Origin: Deltaproteobacteria bacterium
Lineage (GTDB): Bacteria > Myxococcota > Kuafuiibacteriia > Kuafuiibacteriales > Kuafuiibacteriaceae
Length of the DNA: 64,000 bases
Reading direction: 5' to 3'
Assembly: GCA_040218735.1 (NCBI GenBank)
Contig: JAVJQW010000017.1
Span: 32,001-96,000, forward strand
Shown one piece after another: positions 46,752-55,764 of this stretch. Each line of letters starts with the position of its first letter. The first letter of the stretch is position 1. Under the pieces are notes generated by a model that searched no databases, was not told the DNA's origin, and saw only the letters and a list, made by a program, of their open reading frames with translations. The position numbers and the translations under genes are program-made.

Positions 46752-46822
46752 CCGCGCAACGTACCATCGCCCGATAGCCCCTAACCACCCGAGAACCATC
46801 GGAATCGGCGCCGCCGCGTGCT

Positions 46823-46852
46823 TTGACACGGGTTTCGGCCTGTCGCTATGCT
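46823..46852 (+). promoter_or_regulatory. sigma70-type promoter
   Basis: TTGACA-N18-TATGCT, 35 nt upstream of ATG 46888. Confidence 0.55.
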
Positions 46853-46887
46853 CCCGGCGCTCACGGACCTGGGCAGAGCCACTTACA

Positions 46888-49044
46888 ATGCCGAACATTC
46901 GCTCCCTCGCGCCCCTGCTCGTCTCACTGGTGATCCCTGCGACTACGCTCGCGCAGACGCCGGATATTCCGAGCCCTCCACCACCACCTCCGCCGGCGCC
47001 CGCGCCGACGCCGACACCCGCACCCGCGCCGAAGACGACCGAAGCGCCGCCGCCGGAGAAGAAGGCGCCCGCGCCGGAACCGAAGGCGTCCGCGCCGATG
47101 GCCAAGGCCGCGCCCGCGCCGACGCGCGTGACGACGCCCGCCGAAGAACCGCCGGCGAAGGGTCGCTCGGTCGCGGGACGTCTCGCGGTGAGCCCCTCCG
47201 GTTCGACGGGTCTCATTCGGGTCGCCGCCGCGGAGAGCGTCGCACCCAAACTGATCCGCGTATCGTTCGGTCTGGACTTCTTCTCCGTCGGTTCGTTGTT
47301 CGCGGACTCCGACGGCCACTCACGCGTGGGCGGAACGCTCGCGATCTCCGGCTCGCCGGTCGACTACGTGGAGCTGTGGCTGAATACACGGGCGGTCTCG
47401 AACAGCAACGACCTCACCGACCCCACGCTCATCCAGTCTCAGGGTGACGTGGCGCTCGGTATCAAAGGCTTCTACCCGGTCGCGGATCTCGCGAACGTCG
47501 GCCTCGACCTGCAGCTCAAGTTCCTCTCGGGCGTGGGCGCGTCGAGCTTCGACTTCGGCTCCACCGAGCTGCGCGTGCGCGGCCTGCTCACGACGGACCT
47601 CATGCGAGCGACCGAAGAGATCCCGGTTCGCGGCCACCTCAACATCGGCTTCACGCTCGACAACTCCGACAAGCTCGTCCCCGAGGGCGTCGCGCTGACG
47701 GACGCGGAGCGTTTCGCGCTCGGCATCTCCGACTTCAACCGCTTCGAGATCGGCGTCGGCGTCGAGGTCCCGGTGAAGTACGTGACGCCGTACCTCGAGT
47801 ACACCGTCGAGTTCCCGCTGTCGTACCTCGCGACGCCCGGTGTCGTGGTGTCGAGCAACGCGCTTCGTCCGGCGCAGAACACCGTCGGGGTCTCGTCGGA
47901 CATCGCGCGGCCCGCGGTCCAACGTGTCATCCCCCAGCGCATCACCCCCGGCGTTCGGATCACCGCGATCCCGAAGCTGACGCTCGACATCGCGGTCGAG
48001 ATTGGCATCACGCCGGACGTCGGCACCGGCGTGCTCGCGGTGCCGCCGTACAACGTCATCATGCTCGCGTCGTACCCGCTGGATCCGTTCGGCGTGGAGG
48101 ACTCCGGCCGTGGCCCGTCGGGTCCGCCGATCACCGTGCCGGTCATCGTGCCGGAGCAGGTCGAAGCGCCGCCGAGCACCGGTCAGCTCGCGGGTCTCGT
48201 GACCAGCGACAAGGACGGCAAGCCGATCGCGGGCGCGGTGATCACCTTCGACCGCGGCACGCCGGTCGCCTCCGCGGCGGACGGTCGGTTCGTCTCGCAG
48301 CAGATCGAGCCGGGGCCCGTGAAGGTCACGGTGTCGAAGGAAGGCTTCAAGAACGGGACGGGCGAGATGCAGGTCGGCGCAGACGGCACGGTCGAGCTGA
48401 ACGTGGCGCTGGTCCCCGAGATCAAGGAAGGCACCATTCGTGGGCGTGTGCTGGACGACAAGGACCAGCCGATCGGCAACGCGAAGATCGTGGTCGAAGG
48501 TCCGACGAAGAAGACGATCAACGCGAGCGAGTCCGGCGCGTTCGAGCTGAAGGCGCTCGCCGGCCGGTACTCGGTGATGGTCGACGTGCCCGACTACTTC
48601 AAGAAGGCGCGGGAGTTCACGCTCGAGGCGGGCGGCAGCTACGCGGGCGACATCGTCATCCGCAAGCGCCCGGCCGAGGCGGTCGCGGAGCGCAAGGGTG
48701 ACCGCATCGTCGTGAAGGAGACGGTGCACTTCGTCAGCGGCGAAGCGCGCCTCGCGCCGGACGCGGCGGCCCTCCTCGACGGCGTCGTCGACGTCCTCGT
48801 GCAGAGCCCCGACATCAAGCGGCTCCGGATCGAGGGCCACACCGACAACGTCGGGAGCGAAGAGACGAACCTCGACCTGTCGCGCCGTCGCGCGCAGGCT
48901 GTCGTGGACTACTTCGTCGCGCAGGGCATCGACGCTTCGCGGTTGTCCGCGGAGGGCTTCGGTTCGACGCGCCCGATCGCACCGAACCTGACGCGCCGCG
49001 GTCGCGAGCAGAACCGCCGTGTGGAGTTCCACATCGTGCAGTGA
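46888..49044 (+). CDS. OmpA-family protein: Pro-rich linker, beta-barrel, carboxypeptidase-regulatory-like repeats, OmpA C-domain
   Basis: Signal peptide; GRVLDDKDQPIGNAKI; IEGHTD, NLDLSRRRA, NRRVEF. Confidence 0.88.
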   Translation: MPNIRSLAPLLVSLVIPATTLAQTPDIPSPPPPPPPAPAPTPTPAPAPKTTEAPPPEKKAPAPEPKASAPMAKAAPAPTRVTTPAEEPPAKGRSVAGRLAVSPSGSTGLIRVAAAESVAPKLIRVSFGLDFFSVGSLFADSDGHSRVGGTLAISGSPVDYVELWLNTRAVSNSNDLTDPTLIQSQGDVALGIKGFYPVADLANVGLDLQLKFLSGVGASSFDFGSTELRVRGLLTTDLMRATEEIPVRGHLNIGFTLDNSDKLVPEGVALTDAERFALGISDFNRFEIGVGVEVPVKYVTPYLEYTVEFPLSYLATPGVVVSSNALRPAQNTVGVSSDIARPAVQRVIPQRITPGVRITAIPKLTLDIAVEIGITPDVGTGVLAVPPYNVIMLASYPLDPFGVEDSGRGPSGPPITVPVIVPEQVEAPPSTGQLAGLVTSDKDGKPIAGAVITFDRGTPVASAADGRFVSQQIEPGPVKVTVSKEGFKNGTGEMQVGADGTVELNVALVPEIKEGTIRGRVLDDKDQPIGNAKIVVEGPTKKTINASESGAFELKALAGRYSVMVDVPDYFKKAREFTLEAGGSYAGDIVIRKRPAEAVAERKGDRIVVKETVHFVSGEARLAPDAAALLDGVVDVLVQSPDIKRLRIEGHTDNVGSEETNLDLSRRRAQAVVDYFVAQGIDASRLSAEGFGSTRPIAPNLTRRGREQNRRVEFHIVQ

Positions 49045-49051
49045 GGATGGG

Positions 49052-50224
49052 ATGAGCGGTAACGACAAGCGCGGCGCGGACGCGGGACCGGAGCTGGGCG
49101 CACACACGCCCAAGCGCCGGAGTGACTCGGGGCGAATGCTCGAGGGCAAGGTCAGCCTTCGCGACATGGACCGCCCGCCGCGCCGCGGTCGCCTGCTGAT
49201 CGTGGAGCCCAACGCGGACGTCGCGCGAGTGCTGGAGGTCCGGCTCGCCCGCGACGGCCACGAGGTCGTCATCGTCACCACCGGTAAGGCGGCGCTCGCC
49301 AGCGCGAAGGATCACGCGCCGGACGTCGTGCTGGTCGACCGCGGGGTGTCGGACGTCCCGAGCCTCGACTTGATCGAGCGGCTGCGCGGGATGGCCGAGT
49401 CGATGGAGGTCATCTTGATGACGGTCGACCCGACCACGGAGATCGCCGTCGCGGCGATCGACCGGGGCGCGTTCGACACCGTCGGCAAACCGTTCTCGAA
49501 CCTGAAGCTCGTCACGTCGAAGGTGAACAACGCCGTCGGCAAGGTGCACGCCGAGCGCGACCGCGCGGAGCTCGCGCGGGTGCTCTACGAGCAGACGCAG
49601 GACCTCGCGGAGCGCGAGGCCGAGGCCGAGGCGTCGAAGTCGAGCGACATTCTCCCGGTGCTCACGCACGACGACGACGAGGACGACACCGACACGATCG
49701 ACTTCGACGACATGTCGGGGGTCGACCCGCTCACCGGCATCGCGAACCGCCGCGCGTCGGAGCAGCGCTTCCGGAGCGAGACGGCGCGCGCGCTGCGTTA
49801 CGACCGCCCGCTGTGCATCGCGCTCGCGAGTGTGGATGGGCTCTCGGATCTCATCGAGGCCGAGGGCGGCGACGTCGGCGACGGCGTGCTGCGCGGCATC
49901 GTGCAGCTGTTCATCGGGATGGTGCGCGACGTCGACTTCATCGCGCGCCGCGAGGGCGGCGAGTTCTTCTTCCTGTTCCCGGAGACGACGAAGGAGAACG
50001 GCATCGTCGTCCTGGAGCGCATCCGCGTGCGCATCGCGCAGACGTCGTTCTCGGACGTCGTCGACGGCGACCACGACATCAAGCTGTCGGTCTGCTTCGG
50101 CGTCGCCGGGCTCCCCGCCGACACGATGAACGTGGACCGCCTGGAGCGCGCCGCGGAGACCGCGCTGCGTCACGCAAAGACGATCCAGGACGTGGTCGTC
50201 CCTCACGGCTCCGAAGCCCCGTAG
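49052..50224 (+). CDS. REC-GGDEF protein with degenerate active site
   Basis: REC (LVD, KPF); DPLTGIANRR; RDVD I-site followed by EGGEF in place of GG(D/E)EF. Confidence 0.88.
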   Translation: MSGNDKRGADAGPELGAHTPKRRSDSGRMLEGKVSLRDMDRPPRRGRLLIVEPNADVARVLEVRLARDGHEVVIVTTGKAALASAKDHAPDVVLVDRGVSDVPSLDLIERLRGMAESMEVILMTVDPTTEIAVAAIDRGAFDTVGKPFSNLKLVTSKVNNAVGKVHAERDRAELARVLYEQTQDLAEREAEAEASKSSDILPVLTHDDDEDDTDTIDFDDMSGVDPLTGIANRRASEQRFRSETARALRYDRPLCIALASVDGLSDLIEAEGGDVGDGVLRGIVQLFIGMVRDVDFIARREGGEFFFLFPETTKENGIVVLERIRVRIAQTSFSDVVDGDHDIKLSVCFGVAGLPADTMNVDRLERAAETALRHAKTIQDVVVPHGSEAP

Positions 50225-50334
50225 CGGCCCCCCTGGCCCTTCGATCGGGTTCGACGCGCGGGGCTCGCTCGCGCCGGTGTCTTTTTTCGATCCGCCCCCG
50301 GTAATCGCCCCTCGCCGCATCGTAAGTTGAGGGT

Positions 50335-50967
50335 GTGGGGCCCCGAGAGGGAGTGGGATCGGAGGGCGTCAGCGTCGAGCGACGGCTCCTCCGCATCGTG
50401 CGGCGAGAACCGGCATCGCCGGGGGCCGTGCGGCGCGAAGGGCGAGCGATCGTCAACGAGATCTTCTTTGCGGTGCGGTGGATGGTTCGATCGAAGCTAC
50501 GCGTCTTTCGAACGCAGGCGATGGACGGGATGTCCGAGGAGGACCTCGTTTCCGAGATCGTCCTTGCGCTGATCGACGACGACTGCCGCGCGCTCGAGAA
50601 GTTCGATCCCGAGCGCGGCTCGTTGCGTTCGTTCGTCGCGACGTTCGCCGAGTGGAGGTGCGCCGACATCCACCGCCGCCACAGTCGGCGAGGGGATTTC
50701 GCGGAGCTCGAGAGTGCGCCCGAGCCTCGCGACCCGGCTTACAGCCCGGAGGATTTCGTGCGCGGTCGTCAGGCCGAGCGCGCCGTTCGCAAGCACGTCC
50801 TCTCGAACCTCTCCGCAAACGAACGGCTCGCCTTTGCCCGGTACTACGACGACGAGCTCCCGGGGCCAGAGTTCGCGCGAACGATGGCGTGGAGCCCTGC
50901 TCAGGTCTACCGGTTCACCTATCGCGTCCGGACGCTCGCACGCGCCTTCTTGAGGGACGACGCATGA
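50335..50967 (+). CDS. Divergent ECF sigma factor
   Basis: EDLVSEIVLAL, FDPERGSLRSFV (region 2); LSANERLAF...FARTMAWSPAQVYR (region 4); start uncertain. Confidence 0.8.
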   Translation: MGPREGVGSEGVSVERRLLRIVRREPASPGAVRREGRAIVNEIFFAVRWMVRSKLRVFRTQAMDGMSEEDLVSEIVLALIDDDCRALEKFDPERGSLRSFVATFAEWRCADIHRRHSRRGDFAELESAPEPRDPAYSPEDFVRGRQAERAVRKHVLSNLSANERLAFARYYDDELPGPEFARTMAWSPAQVYRFTYRVRTLARAFLRDDA

Positions 50968-53900
50968 GCAACGAACGGTCGGACCTCGAGCTGGACGCGC
51001 TGCTTCGCGAGACCCCCACGACGTCGGCGGTGTGCCTCGACGAGGCCGGCCCCGACTTCGACGCGATCGCGGCGAGGCACGAAGGCTCGCTCTCCCCCGA
51101 AGCGACGGAGACGCTGAGCGCCCACCTTCGAGACTGCCGGCTCTGCCGAGAGCTCGATCTGCAGTTCGCGGAGCTGACCGCGTCCGACCCGCTCGCCGAC
51201 GTCGACCCGGCGACGATCGACCGCGTGACGGAGGCCGTGGACCGACGCTTCGGGAGCCACGAGGACGTCGTGCAGCAGCTCGCGTCGCGCCCGCCACGCG
51301 CGCGTCCGCGGTGGCGGCACGCCATCGCCGCGGCCGTCGCCGCGGCGCTCGTCCTCTGCACCGTCACCTTCGTCTTTCTCCCCTCGCCCCCGGCCTACGA
51401 GATCCGCGTCGCGACGCGTGGACGACCGCTGGCCACCAGACGATCGCAGAGCGATGCGGCGGGGCCCCGTGACTCGGGGAAGTACGGGCCGCAGAGCATC
51501 CTGGCGTACGACGTCACGGTGTCGATGCCGCCCGGCGCGGCGGAGCCGGTCCTCCAAGTCTACGTCGAAGGGATCGACGGCCGGCTCACACGCGTCACGC
51601 CCTCGATCCAAACGAAGCTCGAGCGCGACGAAGTTCGCTACGTCGTCGAAGGTCGAGGCAGCGACTTCTTCGGTGAAGGCGCGGGTACCCGCTCCCTTTG
51701 GTTTGGAGTCGCGCCGTCGCCCGGTGCGTTCGGTGCGGTCGACGGCCAACGTCCCGATGCGCCGGGTTCCGACGACATTACATGGGCGCGTGTCGAAGCC
51801 GAGTACGTCATCGCCGCCGCGGTCGCGCCGCCGGAAGCCGCGCTGTTCGGGGCGCTGGCCACGGGTTGGTTCGCCGGAGCGCAGACGATGTTCTTCGACG
51901 CGACGCACCGACCTCGCGTTCGGCTCTCGGGTCGCGGCGCGTGGACCGTCAGCGTCGAGGACGACCGCGGAACACACGAGCTCGCGCGCGAGACGCTAGA
52001 CCGCTTGGACGATGCTCGGCACGTGGTCCTCGACCTCCCCTGGGTTGCGCCGCGCCGGGGGACACTGATCGCGGCGGCCGACGGCGTGGAGCGCCGACGT
52101 TGGGCGATCGTCTGGAACCCACTCGAACATCCTGACTTCGCGGGTCGATTCGAACCGCTCTACGCACGCGTGGACGAGGGTCGCGCGGCGTTTCGCGCGG
52201 GTCGTCGCGGCGACGCGGAGCGAGCCTGGCGGCGAGCCATCGAGTTGGCCGAAGCGGCGGGTGTCCTCAGCGAGGCGTCCCGACGCCGATCCGCGCTCGC
52301 GTACGTCGCGCTGAGCGACGATCGATTCGACGAAGCGCTGCGACTCCTCGAGGCGGCGCGCGCGGACGCCCGTAAGCTCGACTCGTCGAAGCTGTCCGCG
52401 GAAGCCGACTACTACGAAGCGCTCGTACACCTCGAACGGCGCGGCAACGGGGCGTTCGTCGCAGCCGAGCGATTGCTGCAGGCCGCCATCAGCTTTGCGG
52501 AGTACGAAGGCGACACGCGCCATCTGCAGCAGATCGTACAACCGCTCGTGACGCTCTGGTCGGAGTACGGGCGCGCGGCCGAGGCGGTGCGTTTGCTTCG
52601 ACGACACCCGCCACCGCCGGACGCAGACGACGTCGCCCGCGGACACTACTTCGGGAACCTCGCCGGCGCGCTGTACCACGCACACCGCACGGGCCAAATG
52701 ACGGTGGCGCGCGAGACGCTCCACGGCGCAGCGCAACGCGCGCTCCGCCACTTTCAGGCCAGCGGAACGAAGCAGTTCGAGGCGAACGTTCGCGCGCTCA
52801 TCGCACGCGCCTCCCTCGACGCCGACGACGAAGCGACGGCGCGTGCTCAGGTCGACGCGCTCCTGGCGATGACGAACGACGAGCGGACCGAAGTGCGTTG
52901 GGAGGTCCGGATGCTCGATGCGGAGCTTGCGCTGGCCGAGGGACGGCTGGAGGAAGCAAGCGAACGTCTGCTTTCGATCGAAGCCAACGCGCTCGAAGAA
53001 CACGACGGCGACGACTCCCGAGTGGCGTGCGCCGCGCGCGCGTTGCTCGGGCGCGTGCACGAGGAGGCGGGGCGCGCGGAGCGAGCGCGCGCCGACTATC
53101 TCGCCGCCACCCGACGTCTGCGTGCGCTGCGCAGGACGCTGGTGAGCGCGCCGGCCCAGGCCTCGATGCTCGCCGATGAGGCCGACCTGCATCGACGAAC
53201 GTTGGGGGCGCTCCTCGACGCCGGCCTCGTGGACCAAGCCGTCGAGCACGCGAGTCAGCGCCGCGCGGAGGTCCTGGTCGGCCTGGCGGGCGAGGACGCG
53301 CATGTCGAGGCGATGGACCTCGCGGCGATACGATCCAGGCTGGGGGACCGACGCGCCCTCGTCATCGCAGCGCGATCACACCGCGAACCCTTGAGCTTCT
53401 GGATCTCGAACACACAGGTCGACGTCGCGCGCGGCGACGACGTGCTGAAGCAGTGGGAGGCACGCGCGGCGACGGTCGACCACATCTACATCTCGCCGGG
53501 TGGCGAGCGCTGGGCGTTCGAGCTCGCGGTGCCTCCGGGCGGTGCCACGGTTTCTTGGGTTCCACACGCGGGCGTCGTCGGACGGAAGCGGACGAGCGCG
53601 GCTTCGGGTGCCGTCGTCGTCGCGGACCCGAACCGTGACCTCGCCTTTGCCGAGCGTGAGGGGCGCTCGGTCGCGTCTCGACGCACGGACTCCAAGCTCT
53701 TGATCCACGAGGGGGCTACGCGAGCGGCCGTCCTCGACTCGCTCGGCACCGTACGACTGTTTCACTTTGCCGGGCACGGTCAGGTCGGGCGGAACGATCC
53801 CTGGAGCGCTCGCCTTCGACTGGCGGACGGTGACCTGACGATTCATGACATCTTCGAAGCGCGTCCCGACGGCATTCACTTGGCCGTGCTCATCGGCTGC

Positions 53901-54134
53901 AGCACGGGTGAAGCCCAACGCGAAGGCTCGGATGGGTTGCCTCAGGCGCTACTCACCGCCGGGGTGAGGACTGTCGTCGCCAGCGTCGATGGGCTGGATG
54001 ACACACCCGAGCTCGGGCGGTTCGTGGCGGCCTTCTACGCGGCGGGCGGCGAAGAGACCCCGGGGGAGGCGTTCCGGATCGCGGCGGCTGCATCGCCGGC
54101 GGGTCGGTCGTTTCGACTCTGGGGTGAGCCTTAA
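50964..54134 (+). CDS. Zinc anti-sigma / TM / TPR / CHAT (caspase-like protease) fusion
   Basis: ATGA overlap with the sigma gene; HLRDCRLC; TM AAAVAAALVLCTVTFVFL; TPR helices; CHAT dyad HFAGHG and LIGCSTG. Confidence 0.88.
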   Translation: MSNERSDLELDALLRETPTTSAVCLDEAGPDFDAIAARHEGSLSPEATETLSAHLRDCRLCRELDLQFAELTASDPLADVDPATIDRVTEAVDRRFGSHEDVVQQLASRPPRARPRWRHAIAAAVAAALVLCTVTFVFLPSPPAYEIRVATRGRPLATRRSQSDAAGPRDSGKYGPQSILAYDVTVSMPPGAAEPVLQVYVEGIDGRLTRVTPSIQTKLERDEVRYVVEGRGSDFFGEGAGTRSLWFGVAPSPGAFGAVDGQRPDAPGSDDITWARVEAEYVIAAAVAPPEAALFGALATGWFAGAQTMFFDATHRPRVRLSGRGAWTVSVEDDRGTHELARETLDRLDDARHVVLDLPWVAPRRGTLIAAADGVERRRWAIVWNPLEHPDFAGRFEPLYARVDEGRAAFRAGRRGDAERAWRRAIELAEAAGVLSEASRRRSALAYVALSDDRFDEALRLLEAARADARKLDSSKLSAEADYYEALVHLERRGNGAFVAAERLLQAAISFAEYEGDTRHLQQIVQPLVTLWSEYGRAAEAVRLLRRHPPPPDADDVARGHYFGNLAGALYHAHRTGQMTVARETLHGAAQRALRHFQASGTKQFEANVRALIARASLDADDEATARAQVDALLAMTNDERTEVRWEVRMLDAELALAEGRLEEASERLLSIEANALEEHDGDDSRVACAARALLGRVHEEAGRAERARADYLAATRRLRALRRTLVSAPAQASMLADEADLHRRTLGALLDAGLVDQAVEHASQRRAEVLVGLAGEDAHVEAMDLAAIRSRLGDRRALVIAARSHREPLSFWISNTQVDVARGDDVLKQWEARAATVDHIYISPGGERWAFELAVPPGGATVSWVPHAGVVGRKRTSAASGAVVVADPNRDLAFAEREGRSVASRRTDSKLLIHEGATRAAVLDSLGTVRLFHFAGHGQVGRNDPWSARLRLADGDLTIHDIFEARPDGIHLAVLIGCSTGEAQREGSDGLPQALLTAGVRTVVASVDGLDDTPELGRFVAAFYAAGGEETPGEAFRIAAAASPAGRSFRLWGEP

Positions 54135-54385
54135 TCGTCGCCTTCGCCGCGAACGTACGCGCCCAAGACGTCCGAACGCGCCCACGCCTCGGCCAAAAAT
54201 GCACGCGCGTGACTCAAGTCATGTGCGGCAAAAGTGACGTACGCGTTGCGCTCACTAACTGGACCTTCGGGCAGGTCATCGGTGGCGCACCGATGGGTTT
54301 CCGCGAGCGAGCGAATCGCGGCGAGATCAGCCGAGCGCGTGATTCTGAGAACCACGGCCCAAACCTCCCGACTTGCGATCACCAT
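54131..54385 (-). CDS. 84-aa protein resembling a subtilisin prodomain / I9-type inhibitor
   Basis: GAGGT upstream of the ATG; stop overlaps the CHAT stop (TTAA); aligns by eye with the N-terminus of the adjacent S8 protease (shared LGAYVR). Confidence 0.6.
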   Translation of the reverse strand: MVIASREVWAVVLRITRSADLAAIRSLAETHRCATDDLPEGPVSERNAYVTFAAHDLSHARAFLAEAWARSDVLGAYVRGEGDD

Positions 54386-54543
54386 CTTTCGTTTTACCTC
54401 TTGTTTCGACAGTTCGGCCCGCCGCCGGCGCTCCTTGAGCTTCTTCCTTCGAAACTATTCCTCCCTTTGAGGGTCGCGTCCAATGCACTACGCTTCGCGG
54501 CCCCGGGCCACCCACGCGGCCCACGGGACGAGCCACGCACTGT

Positions 54544-55764
54544 ATGCACGAACCACGAGTCCTCATCGCCCGGTTCACTCCATCGGCCGCTCGTAACGCG
54601 GCGAACGCTCTGGAGAGAGAACGCGCCTATCTCACAGCGTTGTTCCCGGAGCTCGACGCCACGTACTTCAACGTGAGCTCGCAGGATGATCGGCCGCATG
54701 AGTTAGCCAAGATATGCCGGTCGATTCACGGGTGCCTGGGTGCGTACGTGCGAAGTGCGCCGCGGCCGGCTTCGATGCCCATGCATCATCGTGATGCACA
54801 ACGGCACCTCGATGCCGCGCCCGGGCTCGGCGTGTCGTCTCTGTGGAAGGCACCCGGCGGCAACGGACAAGGCGTTCGCGTACTCATCTATGACTACGCG
54901 ATCGACGAGGACCACGTTTGTTTCCAGCACGGACTCACTTCGATCGACTCGGTCAAACGTTCCGATCCGAAGCTGCGCGATCACGGCACCGCCGTCGCGG
55001 GGGTCGTGGGCGCGAGGCAGGTGCCGAACGGTTCTCTGCCGCGCGGCGTTTCGGGGTGCGCTCCGGGCGCGTCGATGATCTTCTTCGCCGTCTCACGCGG
55101 ACGAATGCAGTGCAGCGACCTGTGGAAGGCCCACGACCAGCTCGAAGAGGGAGACATCCTCCTCCTCCCGCAGACCGCTCGACTCGATACGAACGTCGCG
55201 GGTGCGCCCACGTTCCCGTGGGTTCCTCTCGAGTGGTTTCCGGACATGCAGATACCGATCGAGGCGATGACGAAGAAGGGCATCATCGTGGTGCAAGCCG
55301 CCGGTAACGACGATGCCAACCTCGACGATCCCCTGTTCGACGCGCCACCGAAGCCCGGGCATTTTCCCAGCTGGCGCAACCCGTTCAGCGTCGCCCGCGG
55401 GAGCGGACCGAGCTCGATCATCGTGGGTGCTTCCCATGTCGACATTCAGCAGGGTCGGATGCCGTACTCCAACTTCGGTCGCTGCGTCGACGTGCAAGGC
55501 TGGGGTGAGAACGTCGTGACGTGCGGCTACGGTGACCTCGAGGACCCGGGCGATCCGCACTGCCGGTTCACCGCGGCGTTCTCCGGCACCTCGGCGGCGG
55601 CCGCGATGATCGCCGGCACGCTCGCCTGCTTGCAGGGCGTCCGAAAGGTCGACCCGAGTAAGGGGTACATCACCCCTGCGAATGCGCGCGCGGTCTTGCT
55701 GACGCACGCGACGAAGGCTCCCGCTTCTTACGAGCCGATCGGGGACCGGCCGGACTGGGGCTAG
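54544..55764 (+). CDS. S8 subtilisin-like serine protease, no signal peptide
   Basis: Triad motifs VLIYD, DHGTAVAG, FSGTS; oxyanion AAGND; YSNFG. Confidence 0.88.
   Translation: MHEPRVLIARFTPSAARNAANALERERAYLTALFPELDATYFNVSSQDDRPHELAKICRSIHGCLGAYVRSAPRPASMPMHHRDAQRHLDAAPGLGVSSLWKAPGGNGQGVRVLIYDYAIDEDHVCFQHGLTSIDSVKRSDPKLRDHGTAVAGVVGARQVPNGSLPRGVSGCAPGASMIFFAVSRGRMQCSDLWKAHDQLEEGDILLLPQTARLDTNVAGAPTFPWVPLEWFPDMQIPIEAMTKKGIIVVQAAGNDDANLDDPLFDAPPKPGHFPSWRNPFSVARGSGPSSIIVGASHVDIQQGRMPYSNFGRCVDVQGWGENVVTCGYGDLEDPGDPHCRFTAAFSGTSAAAAMIAGTLACLQGVRKVDPSKGYITPANARAVLLTHATKAPASYEPIGDRPDWG

Noticed and set aside
46888-49044. TraB outer-membrane-exchange protein
   Set aside because: Lacks thrombospondin-3 repeats and has no adjacent traA-like gene
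50964-54134. Craspase / type III-E CRISPR link for the CHAT-sigma pair
   Set aside because: No array or Cas7-11 in the window; the protein is a membrane anti-sigma fusion
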